Assembly: GCA_964016885.1 (NCBI GenBank)
Contig: OZ024741.1
Span: 137,950,001-138,014,000, forward strand
DNA length: 64,000 bases
Source: Eledone cirrhosa
Lineage: Eukaryota
Direction of reading: 5' to 3'
How positions within the stretch are numbered: the stretch's first letter is position 1; each line of letters begins with the position of its first letter. The notes under the pieces are model-generated. The model made no database searches. It worked only from the letters and a program-made list of their open reading frames with translations, and was not told the DNA's origin. This document shows positions 14,978 to 25,757 of the stretch, one piece after another. The position numbers and the translations under genes were made by a program.

Positions 14978-16467
14978 GAAAAGAGTAAACTGAAATCAAC
15001 AAGTAAACAGTACGGTACAATGACGATATATTTCAGTTTACTTTGTGATATGGTGGTAAAAACAATTTAATCTCTCGGACGCTAGTACTTCTTCAGAAGA
15101 GCGAATGAGAAATAAAATAAGAAATACTAAGATTGAGTATATGTGCAGGTGATTTTGCGTATGATCGTAAAGCAATATATTTAAACTTTTACCTGTTCCT
15201 ATTTGTCGTTGTTTTGGTGTTGTATTATGGCCACCTACACCTAATCTATTCATACAGCGTGTATATCATTTTATGTTAAAACTGGGCAAGAAATTTATTA
15301 GCTTGTTGCACTCTTGAGTGCTTCGGGACTACTGCCTCAAACAATTTGATTGGTATCTGTATATATATATTGTGCAACTTTTATTTCTGACATTTTTCCT
15401 ATGCATATATTGTCGACTGAGAACTGTGTTGAATAGTATGCCAACCGTGAACATCCCGTCAGATGCGTTTCTTGAAGTAGACTATACTATTCAACAAGTC
15501 TTTCAGTTTTCAGCATCTGGGCTGTTGAAAATCTGGGCACCATTAATAACAGTTAATTTGATATCATAAATCCTAATGTGTTTTCAGGGCTAATCTTATA
15601 TAGTACAGTTGTTACAGAATCATGAGTTGATATATCTGTGGGGGGAAGTAAATCAGGAACGATCCGTTTGAATGTGCAGGACAGGAATTTTGTGATTCAC
15701 TCCAAGTATTTGCCAGCGTAGGCAAGTGTCTTCTTTAGTAGCGGGTTGAATCCAATTTGGTAAATGTGTGTGTATTTGCGTATTTACATATATGGGTACG
15801 CGTTTGTAACTTGTAATTTAGTGGATCGAAGAAAAATGCTATCTATGATATAGTCACCATACTTAAACAAATAAGTATTTGTGTTGATATAGTCGACGAA
15901 ATCGGTTTAATGCGTTGCTCAAGGATGACCGCAGTCTCCGTAAAAACCACCAAATAACAACAATATATGTATACAGAAATACAAGCACCCCCCCCCCCCC
16001 ACAAACACACACACATAAACCACACCTCGATGAAATAAATATATCAGAGTGAATAAATATTGATTGATTGACAGTCATTCCGTATAACTGATAAATATAT
16101 AGAACGGTCTTTGTATATTCATTTTCTATTTATTTTCTCACTTTCAGAGAGAAAAAAAAATAGTAATATAATATAATATAACCTAATATAAAATAGCAAA
16201 CCAGTTATATTGTATATTAACTGATTTATATTTGATTTCTAAGTTCTATAATATTATTATGACAGGAAACAAACATATAAAAATCTTTATTTCACAATTT
16301 ACATCGTAATAACGTGAGATTTAGAAAACTGAATTATAGATTTATATTTCCACATTCTGTGAAAGCGAGTTGTTTAGCGATTTATACAAGTCGTTCATAA
16401 ATGTGAGGCTGGGAGTTTCATTCCTCTCGGCAGCAGTTTATACTGGGGCAAGACGCTTAATCATGGT

Positions 16468-16640
16468 TTCTGATTAGGCACAAGGCCAACAATTTTTGGG
16501 GAAAGGGAAAGTCGATTAAATCGACCTCCGTAAGGATGAAAGGTAAAGCTAACCTCGGCAGAATTCGGACTCAGAACGTAAAGGCCCATAACTCTGTATC
16601 GCTAAACATATTTTACCGTTACTGCCAATGCACCACCCTT
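16468..16640 (-). mobile_element. SINE family 1, diverged
   Basis: Reverse complement of the core (TCGACCTCCGTAAGGATGAAAGGTAAAGCTAACCTCGG) and of the tail. Confidence 0.8.
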
Positions 16641-16646
16641 GTTTAC

Positions 16647-16941
16647 CTAGACCTGAAAAATCCGCAAGCTCAAAAGAGCCACAGAATGTTATAATAAACC
16701 TTCAAAAATGTGGGACTTGAGTTGTTGCTCAAAAATATTGTAATCATTATCTATCGTACACTCTGTGGCATCCTTTTATGAAAAAGAGACTCATAACGAT
16801 CTCAAGACGATACGATAATTATTTAAGCTAATGTTCAATATCTCATATTAGAATTTTAGTAATGATTAATACGAAATGCACTTGAACCGAATTCTATATT
16901 GTAAATTCACTTAAATAAGCTTGCGCATTTTTCAGGTCTAG
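16647..16941. mobile_element. MITE-like element, 295 bp, with 24-bp terminal inverted repeats
   Basis: CTAGACCTGAAAAATCCGCAAGCT (16647-16670) versus AGCTTGCGCATTTTTCAGGTCTAG (16918-16941), 1 mismatch. No clear TSD. Confidence 0.7.
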
Positions 16942-17877
16942 TTTAATATTTTTTAAAGGTAATGCTTGTAATAACTCTAGTTAAACATGATATATATTAA
17001 TAATAAATTATCGTTGTAATGTAATTAGATTATATAATAAATCTTATAAATATTATTGTAAGATGTATAAACATATTTTCAGACTTTTAATATAAACAAC
17101 TACAAAAAAACAATCAATATTAAATAAATATATTTTACATCATAATTGTTATAGTTTAATTAATACAAATTAAATATTACATACTAATAGTCAACATAAT
17201 CATAAAAGAAATAATCTAACATAATAACAATAAAATAATCTAACATAAAACGAATAATATGGACAAATATACAAGTAAATATGATACAACCAATATTATA
17301 AGCATGTTATAACGAACTGAAAAAAAAAATAGTTAATATAAATTTAAAAAATCATATATAAATTAACAATATAATTTACCAAAACATGAAAAATATTTTT
17401 ATGGTAAACGACGAAATACAGGAGGAAGATTAGAAAGCGAAACGATAAATAAACGTGCAAACAAAGTTGAGGATGCTTTTGAGCAACAATTACTCTCACT
17501 GGTTGATTAGCCAATAAGACGATGAAATTAACCAATAAGATGTTTGGCAGGGATCACCACGACCAGCAAAACCCCTTGAATATTTTATTCACAAGCTCCG
17601 CATATATGTCAGACACGCAGACTTAAAACATTCTGTTGTTAGTCACTGCAGATCAGGTGGCCAGTAAATTTAGTGGAATGGCAAAATTATTTGAATCCTC
17701 CCCAATACATTAGCTTATCGACCTCGGAAGGATGAAAGAGAAAGTTGATTCATGCGAGATTTGAATTCGGAATATAAAGTGCTGGTATAAATTTCAATGT
17801 GCTTTTGTAAAACCCATGTATGTAATGACGCATGTGAGCAAGAAAAAAAATATTGATATCATTATTATTATTATTCT

Positions 17878-18130
17878 TTGAGTCTCAGTCATTGATGTTA
17901 TTTAACTGGAAAGTTTGTTGTAATGAATATTAAGCCGCTACCTGCAGCCTCTGATATTCAGGAATATCGGAGGGTTCTTGTGTTCCCAGCAAGCATGCCT
18001 TTTGAAGTGTTCCAAAAAGCGGGGCTGGACTAATCTTCTTTAACCATCATTGGAAACTCTATGAGAGTATCTAGTGCGCCTACGACAATCGGACGACCTT
18101 GATTTCCTTTGTAACTCCCACTTTAAATCC
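17878..18130 (-). mobile_element. R4/Dong-like LINE family A, diverged 3' fragment
   Basis: Homologous to 25758-26010 (3' UTR and end of the endonuclease). (TTA)n on both sides. Confidence 0.85.
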
Positions 18131-18371
18131 TTATATTATTATTATTATTATTATTGGGTCTGAACGAACGTCTTTTTGCTCTCTCTCTCGTAAGTTTATT
18201 TATTTACCTGTCAAAACTTATTTATTGAATTTTTTGTTGTTGCGTAGGGCATACGAGCCCTTGGACTTTGCCCTGTGAATGGGGAAAGTATAATATTTGG
18301 GCCTTTTGGCTAAAATATTTGAACTTTTTTACATTTTAAAAAATTATCGAGAAAAAAAAACAAAAGAAAAC

Positions 18372-20025
18372 ATGGCTGAGTCACGCCCCTCAGCGATATG
18401 TCTGCTGTCGTGCGACAACGATGTAAAAGTTGAGAGGAGTGCTACAGAAATTGATACAACAAACACCACCACAAACAACGTGAACAAAGACAGCAATGAT
18501 TACAACACTGAGAACTCTAATTTTGAAAAAAAATGACAGTAACATCGACAGCCAAAATACAGATAACAAAAAAAAATGACAACAAATGCAACAACAATAT
18601 CAACACCACTAACATGAAAACAAATAGCGACAACACCAACAGCAACAATACTAACTGCACTGAGAACAACGGTGGCACCAAAGACAACAATGATAACAGC
18701 GACAGTGATAACAACTCAAAACAAAAGGGCAGCTTTAATTCCACAAGCAGACGTCGAAGTCGCGCTGAGATGCATCATGGATGACACCGAATACATAGCG
18801 AGGGGCAGACAATACGGCACCATTTCGGTGCTGTTTAAGTCAGAAGCCCTCGCTATGAAACACGCTATGACACCTTTCAAAATCAGCAAGGTCATAATGT
18901 ACCCCTCCCACATGGGAATAAGAACGGCCCGCCTCCGCATTTCCAGAATCCCACCAGGACTTGACCTGTGGTGGCTTCTGGGATGTGTGATTGTGGAGGG
19001 GACGGATACCATCCCGATAGAAGTGACAAGAACTGCCAGAGAGGACTGGTCCGGTGTTGACCTGGAAATACTTCTCCAGATCAGGCCATATCCGCCAATC
19101 CCGGACCATATCCGCCTTCAGAATGGGAAGGTCGTTCATATTATGACCGAGGGCAAAGCCGCATTGTTTCGTTTGTGGGGAAAAAACCAATTTGCGAGCC
19201 TTCTGCCATCAACTGCTGAAAGATGCAAGGCGTCGAAGGGCTCCACTGCTGCCGACGCCGGGGCGAGGACCACAACCAACACCAGCACCGGCAAAACCAC
19301 CAGCAACAACACAACAACACCAATAGAAAGACCACCACCAACATAGACCACCCAGGGGGTAAAACGAGGAAAGTTGCCCCCCCCCCAAATACACACATCA
19401 ATAAATACATAAACACACACACAGACACACCTACAGACACAGACCCCTCATCTACCAGTAGTGAAGATGAGGGAAAACCCAAATTCCCCAAAATACAATA
19501 AAGGAAACACAAAAAGAATAAAAAAACTCAACAAAGCACAAAAACACACACAATAAAAAATGCAGACACCACCCACGCAAACATCTTCCCAACAACACCA
19601 ACACCAACACCACCATCAACACCACCATCACCATCATCAGAATCCCCTAAACGCAAACAACTTAAACAGACGCAACCTAAACATCTGAAACCACAGACAC
19701 CGCACTCACAACAAACACAGACACAACCGAAACGACACCATCAAAAGTATCATCACCACAGCCACGCAAACAATTAAAATCACACCAACAAAACATATAA
19801 AACTTCGTGCTCGTCAGGAGGGCCAACAAGGAACTGATGGCCCTCGTAGCACGAAGTGAAGATATACAAAAAGAGGGCGAAATTTTTAAATCGACCACAT
19901 TTCGCGTGCCGGAAGATTTGTTTGTGATGCGAATGTCGCTCGATTTATACAAAGCTATACGAGACAGCTTTCCTCGGGACGTGGGAACCCCGAACGTAAA
20001 ACCTACTTCAATACCTTTAAAGTAG
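18372..20025 (+). pseudogene. ORF1 (gag-like) of the Tx1/L1-type element, frameshifted
   Basis: Fragments 18672-19346 and 19807-20025. A shifted frame at about 19165-19206 reads CFVCGEKTNLRAFC, a CX2CX4HX4C knuckle with H replaced by N. Asn/Thr-rich low-complexity flanks. Confidence 0.65.
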
Positions 20026-20128
20026 TTCCCAAAAGAAACCTCACCAACTATGGAGGTCGAGCCACCCGAACTTCACAAGAGCCCGGAAGGTAAGTAAACC
20101 TTTCCTCTCTCTCTTTTAGCCTGCCAAC

Positions 20129-23034
20129 ATGGCCGTATTAAGAGTAGGAAGTTTAAATGTTCGAGGCCTGGGATCGTCTTGGAAGCAGGGTCACATGCTC
20201 ACCGACCTCAGGTCTCTAAAAATGGATGTAATTGCAGTTAGGGAGACCAGGATTTCCGACACGCGCGCACTAGCCCCCATTTTCGACGACTATCAGATCT
20301 TTGCATCTGTTAGACGACTGGGAATGAGAGGTGGGTGGCAGTGCTGTTTAGGAAAGGCCTGGATCTCGAGGTAAGGCCGATCTTCCGGGACCCGGACGGG
20401 AAGTTAGTTGTCCTGGACGTGAACAATAACGAAGGTGGTGCCTTTAGACTGGTGGCCGAATACGCCCCTACTGTGGGAGGACGGCCGGACTTCTTTAGAC
20501 GCCTGGAAGCCTTTCTGGGTACGTCTCGCCTTTACTGTTAGCGGGGGACTGGAACGGCATCTTAGACGCACGCTGGGACTGTGTGGGAGTATCCGATAGG
20601 AGCAGGGGGTGCAAAACCCTCAAGAACCTGATCAGCCAGTTCCAACTGTCTGACAGGTACCGACTGGATTTCCCTAATGCGCCAGTGTAGACCTGCACTA
20701 ACCGCATAGGGTCATCTAGATCGTATATAGACAGGGTATTCGTTAGGAAAATAGACAGAAGTAGTGTAAGCTGTCCGCGTTTTAAAACGGTCGCCTATTC
20801 AGATCACAAGTTTGTGATCTGTATGGTCGACCTAGATAAGACGCATAGGTTAGGACCAGGTTACTGGAAGCTGGACATGTCATTTCCGGCACGTAAGGCT
20901 TACGGGGACCAGGTCAACAATTTAGTTAAGAAACAGTTGATAGAGGGAGTCGTCAGCAATAGATGGTGAGAGGCTCTCAAAAGAGAGATTAGAGTAATGC
21001 CGATAGAGTTTAGCAAAGAAGTAGCGTTAGAGAAAGAGAGAAAGGAGGGGGAGTTGGTAGATAAGTTAGACGAGGCTATTTGTAGTGGCATCGCAACTAA
21101 CGTGCTAGCGGCGAGAATGGCATTAGACCATTTCTTCAATGCGAAACACAAAGGTTGCATTGTTAGAGCTAAGGCGCGTGCTCTGAAAAACGAAGGAACC
21201 AAAGCTGTGTGATGGGCCCGCGTGGTAGAGGCGCAGCGTAGTAATAAAATCACTATTCGTCGGGGATTTGGTTGGGGAGGGCAAACTTGCGCAATCCTAA
21301 CCAGGACATACACGACAACCTCCACCTGATGCGAAACATCATAGAGAGGGAAGGGTGTAAACCTGGCTTCGGTTGGGCTCTGATCAATTTAGATCAATCA
21401 AAAGCATTCGAGAGGGTCGACCATCGGTATCTGGAGGCTGTCCTCAAGGCGGCTCGCTTCGGCCCCGGTCTTCAGAAGCTGGATCACTGCAATGCACAGC
21501 GGCACCTGTTTGGTGGTCAAAATTAATGGCAACCTCTCGGAGCCGTTTCAGGTATCCCGATCGGTCCGCCAAGGGTGCCCTCTCTCCTCCCTTCTGTACG
21601 TAGTGACTCTCGCGCCTTTACTGCGGAAGATGGAGCTGTTGCAGGGCATCCCACTCGAACCGGGACGCGAAAAGGCCGTGTCGGCTTATGCGGACGACAT
21701 CACCGTGATGGTGTCGGACACCTCAGAAATCGAGGTGGTCAACAACCTATTGGAGGAATATGAAAGGTTGACGGGAGCAAAACTTAACACGCAAAAGTCG
21801 GTGGGCTTGCAACTCAGCACCTAGAGAGGCAAGTCCATGCCATCCAACAGCGTCGTTAGGCTTTGGACGGACGGACCGGTAAAATTGCTCTGGGTTTGGT
21901 TCGGGCCAGACGTCCAGGTGGATAAAAATTGGGACGAGGTGACGGGCAGAGTAGCCAGTCTCACCCAGAAATGAGCTGCGAGAAAGCTATCACTGAAAGG
22001 TCGGTCGGAGGTGGCGAACGCGTACATCGCGTCCATCATCAACTTCGTCTGACCGTCATCCCTTTCCCCCGTTCGTGCCTCGCCTTCTTGGAGCGGCTCC
22101 TCTTCAAATTCTTGTGGAGGAGTCAGGTTCCATTGATGAGGCGGTCCATCTGCTGCCAGCACCCTCTACGTGGAAGGCTGGGCATGCCGTGGCTAAAGAT
22201 GCGCAGACACGCGCTGAGGCTGTGGCATTTCCAGATATTCTGCCTAAACGGTGAACAGGTGTGGTCGCCGTTTGTCAGATTGGCCTTTCCGCTTGCTCGT
22301 CTCTTTGACTGAGCTGCGGTCCTGGGTCAAGAAGAGACCGAGACTGAGTGACTGGTATCTGGAATGTTGCCAGGCACTCACTGCCCTCTACCAGGCAGGC
22401 AATGCGATCTGTGGAACTTCCACTCTCGAGTTCTATAGATGATTAGTGGTGGGCAAGTGCGACGACGCACTCTGATAGGCTCTGGGCTTCGACGAAGTCG
22501 AACTAACCAGTCTGTTCAGGAGGACTTTCGAGCCGGGGACGATGGATAATTTCCAAAAATCCCTCGCTTGGCAGTGCTAACGGGGGGGGGGGGGTACTGC
22601 CGGTTCGAGATAAACTCTACAGACACGGAAATGCTGTAAGACGGACATGCCCAAGATGCGCGCAGAGCGATGAAACCGTTCTGCTCGCACTCGTCCAGTG
22701 TCCGTGCATTACTGACTTGTGGAGTTATGTCGAACAGCTGTTGTCGCGTGTAGAACGGGTCCGGCTATCGGCCGAGTCCATAGTGAAGATCGACCCGCCG
22801 CCTTCTTCTGGCCAGGAAGGGCAGGCAATTTTCCTTTGTCTGGTGGCAGTAGCGAAAGAGGTTGTATGGTGGACGAGGTTGAAAGGACTGAAGACAGACA
22901 CTTTTCTCTTCGGCCAATCGCCCATCAACTTTTTCATGTTTCATTTCGAAAGGAAGGTGAGGGTGGAGAGAGAAGTGCTGCCCCCTAGTACATTTTCTGA
23001 AAGGTGCGTGAATGTGGCGAGAATGGCCGTGTGA
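20129..23034 (+). pseudogene. ORF2 (APE endonuclease + reverse transcriptase) of the Tx1/L1-type element, disrupted
   Basis: SLNVRGL, GDWN and SDH (APE). LDQSKAFERVDH, VRQGCPLS and YADD (RT). CPRC..ET..CP near 22648-22704. Many stops and frameshifts, and an apparent internal deletion near 21270. Confidence 0.9.
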
Positions 23035-23404
23035 GTGGGCCTACTCTGGTCATGCGCCTGTAGGTGGGTAAATTTGAGGAAGAGAGGGGTGCCCTACCAG
23101 GGTGCTCTCGAAGTGTCGGGTCGTTCAGGGTTGGTGAGGTACTTGAGCGAACCCAGGGTGGTCATCCCCTCCTATTGGGGAATTTTTCTTGTATTTTTCG
23201 ATTTTTCTGTAAAACCCCACTGTCCCAGTCTTTTGTATTGTCACCTATATGTCGGCCCTTGTGGCCAATAAATGAAATCAATATTGTTATTATTATTATT
23301 TTTGAGTCTCAGTCATTGATGTTATTTAATTGGGAAGTTTGTTGAAATGAATATCAAGCCACTACCTGCAGCCTCAGATATTCAGGACGTATCGGAGGGT
23401 TCTT

Positions 23405-24566
23405 GGTTGTTTTGAACATATTATTGTCCTTATAGAATCTAGATCGTTTTTCAAAGCGCCTTATACGAGCAGCTTTGGCTGACACTTTTTGCTTGATTAT
23501 TTCTATCAGCATGTCTATGTCACTTGTTGATTTTATACTGTACTTTCTTTTCAATTTTCTAAGTTTAGTTTGTTTAACATGTTCACCTACTATATAGTTT
23601 GTTAAATTTCTATGTCAGATCGGAGAAGGTTTATTTGGCGATTGATGTTCTCTTGCCAAGTAGATTTCTTGTGGGAATTCCTTTGTTTTTTCATCTTCAC
23701 TCCACATAAGTGAGTGGTGACTTTAGCCGATGCATAATAGAGATGATTTAAATCAGTAATGTTTAGTTTGTTTGTGATGATAATGTTTTTGAGAATTATG
23801 TTAGTCTTGTGTATTATCTTTTGGTTCTGTTTGGAGTTCTGGATCTTAGGGAGGGTGATCGCTCCCCCATGTCAGATTCTTTCATTTTCATCCATTCGAT
23901 CATAATTTCATCCTTCAAGTTGGCAAGTTCATTCTCATTCATTTCCTTATCATTTACGATCTCATTGTTTTCATTTGGATTTTCATCCTGAGCATGCACT
24001 CCCTCCACTTTTTCGATCCTTTCTTTAATTTGTTCTGTTCTCAGTGATTCCGCCCCAACCCTGGGATTCGAAGTGTTACAATTTACCTCGTTTTCCCTGA
24101 CACATGTTTCATGTTCCCTTCGCTGACTTTGTGCTAATAGCTTGATCTGATCAATTTCTATATCAGTTAGTAACTTTCTTTTTACAATATTTCTTCGTAT
24201 ATTGGCTAGTTTGTTACTGTCAATATAGCCTCTGTTTTCGGGATACTTCTTTTTCCAGTTGAGATATGTCTGTTCTGTATTCGATGTATTTGATGGGTAG
24301 TACATGGCAGTGTAGAAAGCCTCAAGGACTTCTGTATTATCTTCCCTTGACAATTTTTCTCTCTTTTTCTTTGGATTTCTTGGTGGTGAGCATAGCGGGC
24401 CAACAGTAGGAGTATTCTGGTTCTGGGAGGTCTCCAGCTCCGAAGTGATGGGAAGGTTTGAACCATTAGCTGATTTTTCGACCCCAGTCTGGTTCCTCTC
24501 TGAGGGACGAGGCCCTTTTTTGCCCGGGTGACGACCGATCCGGTATGAGATTTTATCATTAGACAT
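23405..24566 (-). pseudogene. N-terminal region of the Dong-like ORF
   Basis: KREKLSREDNTEVLEAFY..W..LANIRRNIVKRKLL resembles R4/Dong N-termini. The downstream fragment KQKVSAKAARIRRFEKR..F lies in another frame. Confidence 0.7.
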
Positions 24567-24624
24567 TTACTTTATTTTGTCGCGTTTTATCCTTATCCGC
24601 CAAGGGGTAATCATTTCGTGTTAC

Positions 24625-24720
24625 CACTTCTAGGACGAGTGTCAACCAAGACTAGAGGGGTCGTCCTCCCCTAGAGTACGGCTATTCCCCGCCGGCCGCC
24701 ATCCCGGTATTTCTTGGTCA
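24625..24720 (-). other. Candidate pseudoknotted RNA (HDV-like topology) in the Dong-like leader, copy 1
   Basis: GACCAAGA/UCUUGGUU helix interleaved with AGGACGA/UCGUCCU. Compensatory change in copy 2. Confidence 0.5.
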
Positions 24721-25713
24721 CAGGGTTTTCTTTTTTGTTGTTTTTTAAATTGTTATTATCATGAGTGGTTCCTTAATGTGAGCATTGCGTGGCTTAAGAA
24801 TGAAATTATTAATAATAAAATATACTTTTTGTGAAGTTGCCTGTTATTATTGTTGGCTATGTCGGTGGTGGTGCTGGGGCTTTTTCTATTGTTGGTGGGG
24901 AAGGGGGGAGCAAGCAGTGCCATAGTCGTTGACGTTTGGCCGGTGGCCGGGTCACTAAGTCAATCTATTTATATCTTTTGCTAGCATCTCCCTTGTCTAG
25001 TGATACCGCCACCTTCCCCTTTCTTAAGTTGACAGAAGGTAATGGGGGAATAGTGGTGGTAGCAATGAAGGTGTGGTGGCGGCGGTGATGGGATAGTGGT
25101 AGCAATGATGGATAGAGTGGTGGCGGCGGTGACTATAGTGATGGCGTTGTCGTTACTGAGTTTTGTTGAATAGACTGTAGTATTGTTTGATCTGTGTATC
25201 TATGCGTTTGTCGCGTATGTTTAATATATGTGTTGACATATTCCCTTAATATTGGAATTAAACATTTTGTGAAAACTTGAGACAATAATAATAGTAGTAA
25301 TTATTATTATTATGCTGGGATTGGTGGTGGTGGTGGTGAAATTGCCGTTATCTGGCTGTTGTATTTAGTGTACACAGAGGGGTGATGTGGTAGGTGCTGT
25401 ATCTAGTTTCTGGTGTTGGTGAAATTGCTGTTATTTGGCTGTTCTATATAGTGTAGACAGAGGGGGTTTTCTTCCATTTATAACAATTTTCTTTTTTGAA
25501 TATAAAATGTATAATACAAAATTGAATATTTGAGCGATATAACAATATATTATGGATCCGAATTTGCTGCGACTTGAGTCCGGTGCTTTATGTATCATTT
25601 GTACTAAGAATTGTTATTTCACAATTGATTTAAATATGTTAAAAATCAAAAACTTACGGGAGCAATTTCATGACCTTCTATCCACCACGTGCGTCTTCTT
25701 CCCTTCCCTTCTC

Positions 25714-25751
<38 letters not shown>

Positions 25752-25757
25752 GTTATT

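Larger units (their letters stand above)
18156..23284 (+). mobile_element. Tx1/L1-type non-LTR retrotransposon, near full length, decayed
   Basis: ORF1 remnant plus ORF2 remnant with APE, RT and C-terminal Zn motif. Ends at CAATAAATGAAATCAAT. Bounded by (ATT)n tracts. Confidence 0.88.
23302..25712 (-). mobile_element. R4/Dong-like LINE, internally deleted (5' leader and N-terminal ORF fused to the last ~100 bp)
   Basis: 5' leader shared with 61800-62988. ORF starts at 24566. The sequence jumps at about 23405 into the family A 3' end. (TTA)n flanks. Confidence 0.82.
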
